DNA of 63,722 nucleotides, the filler included, from an uncultured Methanoregulaceae archaeon (GTDB lineage: Archaea; Halobacteriota; Methanomicrobia; Methanomicrobiales; Methanospirillaceae): assembly GCA_964530035.1 (NCBI GenBank). It is 3 parts of 3 records of this genome, joined end to end, with 100 filler letters (N's around TTAATTAATTAA, not from the genome) between each part and the next. Parts side by side here need not be neighbours in the genome. Positions count along the whole stretch, not along the records: positions 25,897 to 51,483 come from CAZGXZ010000011.1; positions 51,584 to 63,722 come from CAZGXZ010000067.1; 1 more part is not named here. One strand, given 5' to 3'. The position numbers and the translations under genes were made by a program. A model generated the notes under the pieces. That model made no database searches, was not told the DNA's origin, and saw nothing but the letters and a program-made list of their open reading frames with translations. Within the stretch, counting starts at the first letter, position 1, and each line of letters opens with the position of its first letter. Of this stretch, positions 43,447 to 54,434 are shown piece after piece.

Positions 43447-44292
43447 TCAGGTATAGGTCAGTACCATCCCGGCCCCGGTTTCCTTCACGTCGAGGGACCC
43501 TGACAGGATGGAACGGGCGTCCGATCCTGTACAGTGGCAGGGATGGACGGTTGTCACCCCTCGGGCTGCCAGGGTGGCGCCGATGTGCTGTACATCCCCG
43601 GCGGGAGTCCTGAAGAGGTGGAAACCCCCGATGATGTCCTGGACCCGGTCATCACCACACACGGTACATGCATATTCAACGATTGCACATATCCCCGCGT
43701 GGCTGCACCCTGTCATGATGACAAGCCCTTTTTTTCCACGCCAGACCAGTGCGGTATCATCCGCCAGAGGGTCTTCTTCCAGGTCTCCATTTTTCCTGAC
43801 ATACCGTCTCCCGCTCTCCCCGGGGGCACCAGCACCAGCCTGCCCCGGGATTTCCCCGAGAAAAACCAGGTCTTCCCGGATAAAGACCGGATTTCGTGAG
43901 GTTACGACCGTGCCGTGGACCTCCAGCCTCTCCCGGGTAACAAGCATCCCGACCTCGGGGAGACCATGTGCCGTCCGTGAGAGGAATGCATCGGGGTGCG
44001 CATAAAATACCGGTGACCGCAGGGTTTTTCCGTTGACCATCTGTTCGAAGCGGTGTGACAGCAGGTAGGAGAGCCCCCAGGTGTGGTCTGCATGACCATG
44101 GGAGAACGCAATGAAATCACAGTCACAGACGTCTATCCCGGCTTTTTGTGCATTTATAAGAAAGCAGCCGGAGTACCCGACGTCAAAAAGCCCTGAAAAG
44201 TCTTCCGACTCAATAAAAAGGGAGAAACCGGGCTCCCCTGAGAAATACAGGTCGGTCAGCGTGTTGTTGTCCACGAGGACGGTGAGCTTCAT
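43447..44292 (-). CDS. MBL-fold metallo-hydrolase (paralog of 26249..27097)
   Basis: SHGHADH, GCSHAG, GGFH and CHCTG motifs. Confidence 0.9.
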   Translation of the reverse strand: MKLTVLVDNNTLTDLYFSGEPGFSLFIESEDFSGLFDVGYSGCFLINAQKAGIDVCDCDFIAFSHGHADHTWGLSYLLSHRFEQMVNGKTLRSPVFYAHPDAFLSRTAHGLPEVGMLVTRERLEVHGTVVTSRNPVFIREDLVFLGEIPGQAGAGAPGESGRRYVRKNGDLEEDPLADDTALVWRGKKGLVIMTGCSHAGICAIVEYACTVCGDDRVQDIIGGFHLFRTPAGDVQHIGATLAARGVTTVHPCHCTGSDARSILSGSLDVKETGAGMVLTYT

Positions 44293-44300
44293 GATAGCGA

Positions 44301-45155
44301 TCAGAGGTTCCCGCGGTAGTATGCCAGCTTCTCCGCCTGCGGCCTGAATTTTTCGACCAGCGCCTCCTGTTGCCCAACGGTCATGGGAGCAGGGTCCTTT
44401 GCTGCCGAGGCGAGGGCCTGCACTTCAGCCCGGGAAGAGCACCCGGCAACGATCATGGCAACCGGATGGGACAGGGCGAACCGGAAGAGCACCCCTGGGT
44501 CTATACCGGCACCAGGGAAGATGAAATGGCCTCCGCCAAGGGTCTTCGTCCCGATGATCTCAATACCCCGACGAAGCGCCCCATCGACAGTCATATCAAG
44601 AAAACCACCAAGCACCGTTTCCACGGGGTTCACCGGTATGACGACGGTGTCAAGAGGCCAGTTGTCGACAGCGTAGGTGAGTACCCCCGGGTCGTAATGG
44701 CCTGCTATTCCTACGTACCGGACAACACCGGCTGCCCTCGCATCGATGAACGCTTCCAGGGCTCCCCCGGGCTTCCCCAGCGCCCGTATCTCCGCCATGG
44801 TCCGTACATCATGCATAAGCCAGAGGTCAAGGTGCCTGATGCCCAGGACCTGGAGCGTGCCCTCGAGATCTGACATCGCCCCGTCATATGTCCTGCAGGC
44901 CGACCTGCCTGAGATAAAGACCTCTTCGCGTGCACGCCCGAGCCCTTTCAGAAAAGCTCCAAGGTAGTGTTCACTGGAGGACTCAGTTTTTAAGGTGTCA
45001 AAAAAACGGATACCATTATCAAATGCTTCCTGGATAAGCGCGACCGCTTCTTCCTGCATATCGGGTGATTTCAGGGCCCCGCCACCGCCAAGCCCGGCCC
45101 TCGGCATGCGCCGTAGTACCTCTCCGACAGGTGGACGCCTGGATGCTCTCGCCAA
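44301..45155 (-). CDS. Aldo/keto reductase
   Basis: GIRFFDT, SEHYLG, LDLWLMH and GVVRYVGIAGH motifs; start codon uncertain. Confidence 0.8.
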   Translation of the reverse strand: MARASRRPPVGEVLRRMPRAGLGGGGALKSPDMQEEAVALIQEAFDNGIRFFDTLKTESSSEHYLGAFLKGLGRAREEVFISGRSACRTYDGAMSDLEGTLQVLGIRHLDLWLMHDVRTMAEIRALGKPGGALEAFIDARAAGVVRYVGIAGHYDPGVLTYAVDNWPLDTVVIPVNPVETVLGGFLDMTVDGALRRGIEIIGTKTLGGGHFIFPGAGIDPGVLFRFALSHPVAMIVAGCSSRAEVQALASAAKDPAPMTVGQQEALVEKFRPQAEKLAYYRGNL

Positions 45156-45247
45156 ACACTACCGCCTCATACCGAAATCCGCGCCGTAGCACTTGAAGCT
45201 GTACCATTTGGATCCGGCGGGACCCCGGTCAGGGAGCCCATGGGTTC

Positions 45248-45790
45248 TTATGCAGAGGACTTGCTGATAAAAGCGAGGGCGGTATTGACAATTGCCCCCA
45301 ACTGGTCGACACTCCACCGTTCAGAATTCAGGACAAGGTCGTACCGGGTTAAATCTCTGATGTCAATGTTATAATATGTCCTGTACCGTTCAGCTTCGCA
45401 CCGCTCCCTCTCTTCGGTTGTGCGGAGGGCCTCTCTTTCGTCGGTAATCTGGTCACGGACCAGGATCCTCCGCACACGGCATGCAAGGGGAGCGTACAGC
45501 CAGATCTTAAGGTCGGCCTCATGGATCATCCATCCGGAAAGCCTGCCTTCAGCGATGATGTCATCCTTCTGGAGGGAGGTCTCTCTCTGGCGGTCGTCGA
45601 TGAGGTGGTCGATGGCCGGGTCCCGCTCCGCCAGCGCACCGAACTCAGCAAGGCTCATACCCCTTTCAGAAGCCATCTGCCTGAAGACCTCTCCGGCAGA
45701 GATAAGTGCATAACTATGCTCTGATGAAAGGTGGCGGGCGAGCGAGGTTGTCCCGCTCCCGGGAAGACCGCTGATGGTAATCCGCATCAA
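45248..45790 (-). CDS. cmk: Cytidylate kinase
   Basis: ITISGLPGSGTTS and EGRLSGW motifs. Confidence 0.95.
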   Translation of the reverse strand: MMRITISGLPGSGTTSLARHLSSEHSYALISAGEVFRQMASERGMSLAEFGALAERDPAIDHLIDDRQRETSLQKDDIIAEGRLSGWMIHEADLKIWLYAPLACRVRRILVRDQITDEREALRTTEERERCEAERYRTYYNIDIRDLTRYDLVLNSERWSVDQLGAIVNTALAFISKSSA

Positions 45791-46386
45791 AGTCCCCCGA
45801 TATCAAGCGACTTCCTGATGACCTGGCTGATGGCTATGGAACAGATGAAGTACCAGAGCATCCAGACCGGAACAATCGCCAGAACCGGGTTTGTAAGGTT
45901 CTGAGAACCAAAAAACGGCATGATGATGGTTTCATTGATGGTTGACAACCGGTAGATGAGGAAAAAGAACAGGGGGATGGTGAGGACAAGGATGTAAGCC
46001 ATCGGCTTGAACTGTTGCTGCGACATTTCCAGCTGGTCCTTCATCATCTTGTCCTTTTTCGCGTCCAGCTTCTTGATCCTTTTTTCATCCTGGGAGAGCA
46101 TCGCTTCCCGGTACTCCTTCTGGAACTCCTTCATCACTTCCTGGTTTTTCTTCATTTTCTCGTAATCGATGGTGTATTTCTGGATTATAGACGAATAGAG
46201 TGCAGTAATCGATGAGAGAATGATGATGAGGATGTAAAAGGGGATCTGGTACGTATCGATCAATGGCCCGAAGACCCCGTTCAGGGCTATTCCGATGGAA
46301 TCCCTGACATTCTGCATACTGGAGATCAAAATCATCCCGAATGCAACGAGAAGGGCGATATACCCCCCGTTTTTCCCTAAGTCCAT
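45787..46386 (-). CDS. DUF106 / EMC3-TMCO1 (Oxa1 superfamily) membrane protein
   Basis: TM helices, coiled coil, QFKPM and WYFICS motifs; conserved position between adk and cmk. Confidence 0.9.
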   Translation of the reverse strand: MDLGKNGGYIALLVAFGMILISSMQNVRDSIGIALNGVFGPLIDTYQIPFYILIIILSSITALYSSIIQKYTIDYEKMKKNQEVMKEFQKEYREAMLSQDEKRIKKLDAKKDKMMKDQLEMSQQQFKPMAYILVLTIPLFFFLIYRLSTINETIIMPFFGSQNLTNPVLAIVPVWMLWYFICSIAISQVIRKSLDIGGL

Positions 46387-46393
46387 TATTGTG

Positions 46394-46969
<576 letters not shown>

Positions 46970-48403
46970 TCATTCCTTGCCGAAGAACGTCCTCATGAAG
47001 GGGTACATTTCCATGATCTGCTGGCTCGCAATCTCCTCGTACAACCGGTAGGTGATACTGACCGTCAGGAGGAGCCCGGTACCGCTGACCGCTCCGATTA
47101 CTCCGAAGAGGTTCGCGAATACGGAGAGTACCCCGATGAATACACCACCTATTACCGTTACCCGGGGGATATATCTTTCGAGATATTTCTCGAGGATCTG
47201 TGGGTTACGACGATACCCGGGAATCGACATGCCGCTGTTCTGGATCTGCCGGGCCACGGCAGAAGAATCGAGACCTGCGGTCTTGACCCAGAACAGGGCG
47301 AAGATGGCGCCCCCAACGACCATGAAAACGATATCGACACCCATCCTGATGAGGACCTCCCATGGAGCATGCCCGAGGTCGGTTATCCACCACATCCAGT
47401 CCGATGGACCGTTTATGGGGGCGAGGTAGTACATCAGGCCGGATACCGGGGTCTGCCCCTCGAATTTACCCAGGATGGTTATGCCCATGTTTGAAAGGAA
47501 CATTCCAAGCATCTGGATGTTCGCCTGCAGGACCCGCACCAGGATCATCGGCAGGACGCTGGCATAGATCAGCTTCACGGGGAATCGTGCCCGTGCACCA
47601 CGCACCTGTGCATGGGCGAGCGGGATCTCGATCCTCGTGGACTCGACATACACGACGATCAGGAAGATCGCTATCGTTGTTATGAACGCCAGGAGGTCAG
47701 TACCGAAGTACTGGAGGTAATTGCCTCCCGATATGCCGATTGCTATCAACCTCGGGAAGAACCCTACGGGGTAGGGGTCACTGACGGCCGTCCAGTTGAT
47801 AAAGCCGTTTACGAGTGCCTGGGATATCCCGGCTATGATGAAGAGACCGACACCGGAGCCTATACCCCACTTGGTCACCACTTCGTCCATGAGGAAGATG
47901 AGGACGCCTCCAAGACAGATCTGGAGGAATATGATGAATGACAGCAGGAAGAGGTTACCACCGAAAAATGCGTTTGCTATCGCAGGGTCGGGCTTGAGGA
48001 ACCCGCCGACGAGGTTCGGAGCCGCCTCGATAATGATCATGGCGAAGATGAAGACCTTCTGCAGGCCCATGTACATGACCTGGCCACGTGCCTCGGATGT
48101 ATCAATATGGAGGATATCCGCTCCCTTTAACAGCTGCAGGACGATGGAGGCCGTGACGATCGGACCGATACCGAGCTGGATGATCGAGCCGCTCGAGCCG
48201 GCAAGAAGGGCCCGGTAATAGAGGAAAATATCCTGGGAGTCCGGTGCAAGCCCGAAGAGGGGGATGTTCGAGAGGATGAAGTATATGATGAGGATTACCG
48301 CCGTCCAGATCAGCTTGTTCTTGAAGTGAACATGCCCTTCCGGTGGCTTTACGGCAGGCATCTTCGCCAGGATTGGTTCCATTGAGTCGAGGAAGCTTCC
48401 CAT
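46970..48403 (-). CDS. secY: Preprotein translocase SecY
   Basis: LGIGPIVTASI, KWGIGSG and GTGLLLTV motifs. Confidence 0.98.
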   Translation of the reverse strand: MGSFLDSMEPILAKMPAVKPPEGHVHFKNKLIWTAVILIIYFILSNIPLFGLAPDSQDIFLYYRALLAGSSGSIIQLGIGPIVTASIVLQLLKGADILHIDTSEARGQVMYMGLQKVFIFAMIIIEAAPNLVGGFLKPDPAIANAFFGGNLFLLSFIIFLQICLGGVLIFLMDEVVTKWGIGSGVGLFIIAGISQALVNGFINWTAVSDPYPVGFFPRLIAIGISGGNYLQYFGTDLLAFITTIAIFLIVVYVESTRIEIPLAHAQVRGARARFPVKLIYASVLPMILVRVLQANIQMLGMFLSNMGITILGKFEGQTPVSGLMYYLAPINGPSDWMWWITDLGHAPWEVLIRMGVDIVFMVVGGAIFALFWVKTAGLDSSAVARQIQNSGMSIPGYRRNPQILEKYLERYIPRVTVIGGVFIGVLSVFANLFGVIGAVSGTGLLLTVSITYRLYEEIASQQIMEMYPFMRTFFGKE

Positions 48404-48428
48404 TGTGTGTCACCCGGAAACTGGGGGA

Positions 48429-48854
48429 TCAGGAGGTCAGTGCCTGACCGCCCAATCCCTCGATCTTTGCCTTTGCCTGCTCCGAGAATGCCCGGGCAGT
48501 GATCTGCATCTTCCGCGTAACCCTTCCTCCGCCGAGGACCTTGTCAATTCCTATGCGGGATGCATCAAGGGAAACGGTGTCACCGTCCATCATGGCATAT
48601 CCCATGGCCACCAGGTCAGGAACGGCCTGGTCAATGTCACCGATGTCTATGACATCATCGACGGGCTTTGCAATACTGATGAACCCGTTTTTCCCGTTGT
48701 GGACCTCGCCTGCCAGGAGGAAGTGGGTAAACCGGTGGTCACGGTGGCCGGCACGGCCCCTGCCTCCCCTGTTCCCCGCGCCTCTCCTGTTCTTATGGGT
48801 CCCTCCTCCACAGGTCCGGGATCCCCGGTATTTTGAGCGTTTGTTAACCGGCAT
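48429..48854 (-). CDS. rpl15: 50S ribosomal protein uL15
   Basis: RGSRTCGGGTHKNRRGAGNRGGRG. Confidence 0.96.
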   Translation of the reverse strand: MPVNKRSKYRGSRTCGGGTHKNRRGAGNRGGRGRAGHRDHRFTHFLLAGEVHNGKNGFISIAKPVDDVIDIGDIDQAVPDLVAMGYAMMDGDTVSLDASRIGIDKVLGGGRVTRKMQITARAFSEQAKAKIEGLGGQALTS

Positions 48855-48861
48855 TCCAGAT

Positions 48862-49323
48862 TCACCTCATCGCATGCAGAAGATGGTTGATCTCGTTTCC
48901 ATAATAACCGAGAGCCCCTCCCTGCTGGAATGTCCTCTTTGTCGTCTGGTAACCCTTTCTCGGCGGGTGAAGCCTGAGCACGGGTTTCAGACCGGGCAGG
49001 TCCGAGAGCCGTGCCTCGCCGCGGGACAGAGCCTCGGCAAATCCTCTGATGCCCTCATACGTCGAGTTCTCCCGGACATACTCGTCACTCAGGTGACGGT
49101 CACCGACAAGCCGGCCCCGGGTCTTGAGGATTGCTTCGATCGTAGCGATATCAGCCTCGCCGTATGCGACATAGTCCTTGACCTTACGGATCATTCCGGC
49201 ATAGGCCGGGGTATCCGGGACGAAGACGCAGTGGTTGATGTGATGCAGCCTCAGCATCTTCAACGTGTCCTTGATCTCGCTCCGTGTCTTCACGGTTCCG
49301 CGGACCTGAACCACAGCATACAT
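48862..49323 (-). CDS. rpl30: 50S ribosomal protein uL30
   Basis: AVVQVRG, TLKMLRL and RLHPPRKG motifs. Confidence 0.96.
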   Translation of the reverse strand: MYAVVQVRGTVKTRSEIKDTLKMLRLHHINHCVFVPDTPAYAGMIRKVKDYVAYGEADIATIEAILKTRGRLVGDRHLSDEYVRENSTYEGIRGFAEALSRGEARLSDLPGLKPVLRLHPPRKGYQTTKRTFQQGGALGYYGNEINHLLHAMR

Positions 49324-49324
49324 C

Positions 49325-49945
49325 TTACCGCTTCCCCCCGCCGATCCTGACCATGTTCGTGGCCTTTAAAGCGTTGAAGGTTGCCTTTGCAAAGTTAATC
49401 GTCGTACGGGTCTGACCGCGCGAGAATACCCACACGTCACGGATGCCTGCAAGTTCCAGAACCTTCTTTGAGACGTCCCCAGTCACAAGCCCGATCCCCT
49501 GTGGTGCGGGTTTCAGGGTGACCCTGACGCTCCCTGCGGAGCCTTCGACCTGCATCGGGATCGAGTGATCGGTGCCGCAGCCGCATTCCCAGCTGCCGCA
49601 GCCACGGTTGACCCGGATCAGGTTCGTCTTTGCATCGGTGATCGCCTTCTTGATAGCATCGCCGACCTGGTTGTCCTTGCCCTGTCCGAACCCGATGTAC
49701 CCGTTCCGGTTGCCCACTACGACAACCGCCCTGAACTTGACCCTCCTTCCGGAGTCGGTCATCCTCTGGACCATCTCGATATCAAGGACCTCATCCACGA
49801 GGTCGGGGATGAACGTCTCGACGATCTGGGGCTCCTTGATGGGTTTGCCACTGAGGAGGACATCATCGATGCTCGCGATCTCCCCGGCAGCGACCAGTTT
49901 GCCGAGTCCTGTAAGAGGGACCCACTCTTCCTTTTCGTATGCCAT
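49325..49945 (-). CDS. rps5: 30S ribosomal protein uS5
   Basis: [13 protein letters not shown] and RGCGSWEC motifs. Confidence 0.97.
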   Translation of the reverse strand: MAYEKEEWVPLTGLGKLVAAGEIASIDDVLLSGKPIKEPQIVETFIPDLVDEVLDIEMVQRMTDSGRRVKFRAVVVVGNRNGYIGFGQGKDNQVGDAIKKAITDAKTNLIRVNRGCGSWECGCGTDHSIPMQVEGSAGSVRVTLKPAPQGIGLVTGDVSKKVLELAGIRDVWVFSRGQTRTTINFAKATFNALKATNMVRIGGGKR

Positions 49946-49946
49946 G

Positions 49947-50474
49947 TTACTTCAGCTCCCTCATGATCGCATCAGCCGTTTCCTTGACGTTTGCAACGAG
50001 ATTTGCAGCTCGTTCAGGTGCATAGGCGACGATGTGCTCTCCCCTGATGCGTTCCTCGGACGGCAGTATGTCCTCTCCATGCGGGACATCGAGGCCGGCT
50101 TCGACCGCACCCTTCAGTGCGGCAAAGACCCGTGCGCCCTTCTTGGCGCGGTGAAGCCCGATATCCAGCACAGCCGCATTATTTTCGGCGTTGAGGGCCC
50201 GGACGGCAAACAGCATGCCCGTAAGGTATGCCGCAGGCGTTGATGACAACCCTCCGGCATATCCGAACTGGACGAGCTCCTTTGAATTTGCTGATACCAG
50301 CGTGTAATCGCCTTCCATTGCGGCAGTCACCATCTGGACGATGATATGCCGGTTGGTCTTCCTGACCACCATCCGCGGGCGGTCGCCTGATACAAGACCT
50401 GTCCGTTTCCTGTAATTGGTCTTTCCATCCCGGCGTCTCCGGAACGGAACAAAGTAATTGGTCCCGTATGCCAT
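49947..50474 (-). CDS. rpl18: 50S ribosomal protein uL18
   Basis: [14 protein letters not shown] and AAYLTG motifs. Confidence 0.96.
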   Translation of the reverse strand: MAYGTNYFVPFRRRRDGKTNYRKRTGLVSGDRPRMVVRKTNRHIIVQMVTAAMEGDYTLVSANSKELVQFGYAGGLSSTPAAYLTGMLFAVRALNAENNAAVLDIGLHRAKKGARVFAALKGAVEAGLDVPHGEDILPSEERIRGEHIVAYAPERAANLVANVKETADAIMRELK

Positions 50475-50475
50475 T

Positions 50476-50928
50476 TCAGCGCCTCCCTGCGAGCAGTTCG
50501 ACATGAGCTTTCAGGTGGGCCACGTTCCTGAACTGTCCACCGGCAGCGCGCCGGTAGAGGAGCCGGTATGAATGCGGGTCAAGCGTCCCGTCAGCTCTCA
50601 GCTCGACCAGTGTCTTCCTGATCGCCCTGATCTTCTGTATCCATGCCCTCTTGGAGGGATTCCTGGCACCCGCGGCTCCTTTCCTGCGCCCAGGTCCCTT
50701 GCAGTGGCCATATGCACGCTTGGCTATACGCGCCCTGGCCCTTCCACGGCTGACACCGACCTTCTGCCGGTCATCGATAGCGCCTTCCCCGATGAGACCG
50801 CGAACGTCCTCGCGTGAGATGGCGTCCTTGATGTCGGAGATCCTTTCCGGGTCGAACCAGACGCGGTTCACCCCGCACTTGAGGAGGCTTGCAGCAATGC
50901 GCCGCTGGGAGGTGATATCAGTCATCAT
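50476..50928 (-). CDS. rpl19e: 50S ribosomal protein eL19
   Basis: [20 protein letters not shown] and GPGRRKG motifs. Confidence 0.96.
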   Translation of the reverse strand: MMTDITSQRRIAASLLKCGVNRVWFDPERISDIKDAISREDVRGLIGEGAIDDRQKVGVSRGRARARIAKRAYGHCKGPGRRKGAAGARNPSKRAWIQKIRAIRKTLVELRADGTLDPHSYRLLYRRAAGGQFRNVAHLKAHVELLAGRR

Positions 50929-51361
50929 CTTCCTCCTCGGTCTCTTCTGACGTCTCCGGGACCGCCGCCTTAACCGGTGCAGCCCTGATGTTCAGGACCC
51001 TGAACCCTGCCTCTTCAGCCTTCTGCTGGATATCAAGGCGCTTTTTCATCCCGACAGTCCCGCCTATCCTGACCGCATGGACAGCAGGGTCGAGTGCCCC
51101 GATGTCGGCAGGTGTGAACACCAGGATATCGGCGTAACCACTTGGGTGGAGGTTCCTGACCGCAATGGGACTTCCGTACCCGGGAGTCGGGAGCGGGCCC
51201 TTTGCCTTTTTCTGAAGTCTCTGCTTGTTATGGTTGCCTCTCGGCCTTCTCCAGGATGAAGAGATCTGTTTCTTCTTCCCGAAACCGTCCCGTTTGAACC
51301 GGGCTCCTTTCCGGTCACGGACGCGTAACAGTCGTCTTGTTTCACCCACCATCGCCATCAC
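50918..51361 (-). CDS. rpl32e: 50S ribosomal protein eL32
   Basis: WRRPRG, GYGSP and HPSG motifs. Confidence 0.95.
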   Translation of the reverse strand: MMAMVGETRRLLRVRDRKGARFKRDGFGKKKQISSSWRRPRGNHNKQRLQKKAKGPLPTPGYGSPIAVRNLHPSGYADILVFTPADIGALDPAVHAVRIGGTVGMKKRLDIQQKAEEAGFRVLNIRAAPVKAAVPETSEETEEEDDD

Positions 51362-51483
51362 GCCTTCTTTACAAGGTATATTCCATCCTGGAACACGCGG
51401 GGGTCACGGTTCCGGATCTTGGTCGCATGTTCGATATTCGCTGCCGAGTTCCCGACCAGCTCCTTGTCAATGCCTGAAAGGAC
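51358..51483 (-). CDS. rpl6: 3' end of 50S ribosomal protein uL6 (truncated by contig end)
   Basis: Hand translation: [41 protein letters not shown]. Confidence 0.93.
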   Translation of the reverse strand, partial: VLSGIDKELVGNSAANIEHATKIRNRDPRVFQDGIYLVKKA

Positions 51484-51583
51484 NNNNNNNNNNNNNNNNN
51501 NNNNNNNNNNNNNNNNNNNNNNNNNNNTTAATTAATTAANNNNNNNNNNNNNNNNNNNNNNNNNNNNNNNNNNNNNNNNNNNN
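51484..51583. other. Artificial contig linker
   Basis: N44-TTAATTAATTAA-N44. Confidence 0.95.
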
Positions 51584-51627
51584 GTCCCGCAGAACGGGCA
51601 TATTACGTCTGTTACGGTCTGTGTCAT
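51584..51627 (-). CDS. fwdB: Probable 5' end of formylmethanofuran dehydrogenase subunit B (truncated)
   Basis: MTQTVTDVICPFCG resembles the FwdB/FmdB N-terminus; only 14 codons are visible. Confidence 0.55.
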
Positions 51628-51717
51628 TGTCCATCACCGTATTTGGGAACTTCACCAGGCCGCCGGCGAAAAACGGAGACCGCGATTTATTAATTAGAGT
51701 GGGCAGCCGCAATAAAG

Positions 51718-51752
51718 TTCTACTATATACGAACAGTTTTAGTGTGTGCGAA
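51718..51752. promoter_or_regulatory. Two putative MsvR-type boxes in the divergent promoter region
   Basis: TTCT-N8-CGAA (51718-51733) and TTTT-N8-CGAA (51737-51752), next to TATA-like sequences. Confidence 0.5.
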
Positions 51753-51812
51753 CTAAATATTTAAAGAATACCGACATACCAGATTTTCAGGAACCCGAAA
51801 GACCGGACAACC

Positions 51813-52595
51813 ATGGCAGACCCCTGTTCCAGGGCTCCCGAAGTGGCCCTGATAGACCTTGTTTCCTCAGATTCAGGAGTCCATGCCATAGACAGTCCGG
51901 TCAAGATCAAGATCCTCTCCCTCCTCCAGGACCGGGACCTCTCGTTCGATGAAATCGTCTCACGGTGCCAGAAGGCGAAATCAACCGTGTCGGTCCACTT
52001 AAAGGATCTCTATGAGGCCGGGATCGTCGGTTCCCGCCCTGACCCCGTTGACCGGAGGAAAAAGGTCTTTTACCTTGATTCCTTCCTGCTCGGCGGGACG
52101 ACCCGCCCGGAAAGGGAAAAATGCCCTATCAGTATTCCTGAAGGTATCGTTTTTCCCAGGGGGGCCTCATCAGCAGTCTTTTTCAGGTTCACCCTCCGGA
52201 CCATCAGGGTGAGCCTGATCAGGGAGGGGGTGTCGATTGACCCGCTCCTCCACCGGGCGGGCCTCCAGATCGGCCAGGCGGTGTACCAGGAGGTTGCCGA
52301 CCCTGAATTCGGAGTCTTCCTCGCGAACCTCAAGGCATTCTGGAAGACCCGGGACCTCGGCAGGATCGAGGTGGAGTCTTCTGACCCGGTCGTGCTCCGT
52401 ATCTATGACTGTTTCGAGTGCATCGACCTCCCCCGTATCGGCAAGCCCGCCTGTGCCCTTGATGCCGGCATCCTTACCGGCCTGTTTTCAGCGTGGTACG
52501 GCAACGACCAGGCCGCGACCGAGACGAGCTGCTACGCGATGGGCAACCAGTACTGCGAGTTCGTGGTCGAGGAAAAACCTCCGAGGCTGGTCTGA
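51813..52595 (+). CDS. ArsR-HTH plus V4R transcriptional regulator (MsvR-like)
   Basis: KAKSTVSVHLKDL HTH; V4R cysteines in YDCFEC, KPAC and ETSCYAMGNQYCEF. Confidence 0.9.
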   Translation: MADPCSRAPEVALIDLVSSDSGVHAIDSPVKIKILSLLQDRDLSFDEIVSRCQKAKSTVSVHLKDLYEAGIVGSRPDPVDRRKKVFYLDSFLLGGTTRPEREKCPISIPEGIVFPRGASSAVFFRFTLRTIRVSLIREGVSIDPLLHRAGLQIGQAVYQEVADPEFGVFLANLKAFWKTRDLGRIEVESSDPVVLRIYDCFECIDLPRIGKPACALDAGILTGLFSAWYGNDQAATETSCYAMGNQYCEFVVEEKPPRLV

Positions 52596-52644
52596 AGCAG
52601 TCTTACGTCCTGCGGCAGGGGTCATTGCCAGGGTTCACCCGTCC

Positions 52645-53514
52645 ATGAAGGTCCTTGGAATCGACGTGACGAGCCGTCCGTCCCGGAAAAAGCCGCTGGT
52701 CATCGCCTCCGGAGGCTTCCGTCACGGGCGGCTTTGCATTGAGGAGATTTCATGCCAGTCATCCTTTTCCGGGTTTGAAGACCTCCTGGTTTCCAGGTGT
52801 TCCTGGGTAGCGGGGGTGGATGCCCCGCTCTCGTTTCCCCATGGCTTCTGTGATTACCTTGGGACCTCTGACTGGAGGGAGTGCTGCCGCAGGGTCTGTT
52901 CGCTCGGCAGGAAGGGATTCGAAGAATCGGTGTATGCCTATCGTGCGACGCTCCGGAAGGGAGAGCGTCTTCCGCTCCGGGAATGTGACCAGCGTGCCGG
53001 GGCGAAAAGCCCGCTCCTGCTTGCCTATGTCCCGGTCGGAAAAATGGCATACGAGGTTATGAGCCGGCTTTCCTGTGCGGAGTGCAGGGTTATTCCCTTC
53101 GAACGGCCTTTACGGGGCAGGGGGGTGGTGCTTGAAACATACCCTGCCCTGATCGCCCGCCGGTTCATCCCAGGCAGGAAGTACAAGCACGAGGTCCGGA
53201 AGAAACCTGACGCGTCATGCCGGAATGCACGGGAAGACCTCGTGAATGCCCTGGGCGAGCGCCCTTTTTCCGACTATTTCGGGTTCCCTGTGAGCATGAC
53301 CGGACCGGCTGAAGGGTTGTGTGTAAATGATGTACAGGGGGATGTCCTTGATGCCGTCCTGTGTGCCGCGACCGCGGCATGGGGATACTCCATGAGGCGG
53401 GAGGGATATGGTGTGCCCTGTGGTCCTGGATCAGCCGAGGGGTGGATCGTGTCGCCTGACTTTTTCCAGGCGGCGGTACTGGCCGGCGGTATGACCGGGA
53501 CCGGTCCGCCATGA
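52645..53514 (+). CDS. DUF429-family predicted RNase H-fold nuclease
   Basis: VLGID, GVDAPLSFP, LETYPAL and DVLDAVLCA motifs. Confidence 0.82.
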   Translation: MKVLGIDVTSRPSRKKPLVIASGGFRHGRLCIEEISCQSSFSGFEDLLVSRCSWVAGVDAPLSFPHGFCDYLGTSDWRECCRRVCSLGRKGFEESVYAYRATLRKGERLPLRECDQRAGAKSPLLLAYVPVGKMAYEVMSRLSCAECRVIPFERPLRGRGVVLETYPALIARRFIPGRKYKHEVRKKPDASCRNAREDLVNALGERPFSDYFGFPVSMTGPAEGLCVNDVQGDVLDAVLCAATAAWGYSMRREGYGVPCGPGSAEGWIVSPDFFQAAVLAGGMTGTGPP

Positions 53515-53661
53515 GCAGGGGTTCATGCCTTGGATGCCCGGTCCCGGTGAAAAGAGCGCCAGTGAATTGAAGGGCAGGTTCAGGGAGAGTCTTTTTGAGC
53601 ATCCCAAGAAAGGTGGCTTTCCGGCTTGGGAACGGCGAGCCCGGTCCCCCAGGTGAACACC

Positions 53662-54093
53662 CTATCGCATGACAACCTGGACGGCGGTCCTGTACCTGGT
53701 TGCGATGGCATATGCGATCGGTTTGCCGACGAACAGCCTGCCGTCCACGAACCGTCGCAGCTCCGACAGTTCCCCAAGCTGCTTCAGGGCCAGGAATGCG
53801 GTCTCGTCGTCGATGAAACAGCTGTCGGTCACCGTGGTATCGAAGAAGAACAGGACAGGAAGTTTCAGGTGGCGTTTCGTATGGGAATCGACCGCCCCTG
53901 CAATGGTCTCCAGGACCCTGCGGTCGAACCGGTATTCCTGGCCTCCCCTGGTGACCGTCGCCGGGACCGGCTCGCTGAGAAGCACCGCCAGCGTCTTTCT
54001 TGCCGCGACGGTCCCTTCGTTCATTTTCTTCAGTTCATGGGCAAGCCACCGCGTCATGACCGTTTCTTCACTTACATGGGGCCTTTCTGTCAT
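53662..54093 (-). CDS. DUF61 (UPF0216)-like protein
   Basis: ELKKMN...RKTLAVLLSE...LKLPV. Confidence 0.7.
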   Translation of the reverse strand: MTERPHVSEETVMTRWLAHELKKMNEGTVAARKTLAVLLSEPVPATVTRGGQEYRFDRRVLETIAGAVDSHTKRHLKLPVLFFFDTTVTDSCFIDDETAFLALKQLGELSELRRFVDGRLFVGKPIAYAIATRYRTAVQVVMR

Positions 54094-54323
54094 GGGTCAC
54101 CCGGCATATGGTGCTCCGGTTGCGAGGGATCGGTCGTCGGAGGATAAAAAACCGGTGATTGCGGTTATGGCAGATGCATTCCCGTAACAAGCACCATTCC
54201 TGCATCAGGTCTGGGAAGGGGAGGAAAGTGAATTATTGGTGAATCTGAAAGGGCTCCCGGAAACCATCCAATGGTGCGTCCGGGAACCCGCGATGGTGGT
54301 AATGGTCAGGGAAGGGACCGGGG

Positions 54324-54434
54324 TTACCGGTTCTTTTTTCCCTTGACCGCCTTGGTGGCTGGAACTACTTCTGAGGTCTTTACATCGTTTGCAACGCTTT
54401 TCTGCGTTGTATCGAGAGTGTTTTTCTTTGTCAT
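54324..54434 (-). CDS. Putative 36-aa Lys-rich small protein
   Basis: MTKKNTLDTTQKSVANDVKTSEVVPATKAVKGKKNR*; TTTTTATA TATA-like element about 40 nt upstream. Confidence 0.5.
   Translation of the reverse strand: MTKKNTLDTTQKSVANDVKTSEVVPATKAVKGKKNR

Noticed and set aside
45248..46386. No rpl34e or rpl14e around cmk
   Set aside because: Their absence here is expected for this lineage.
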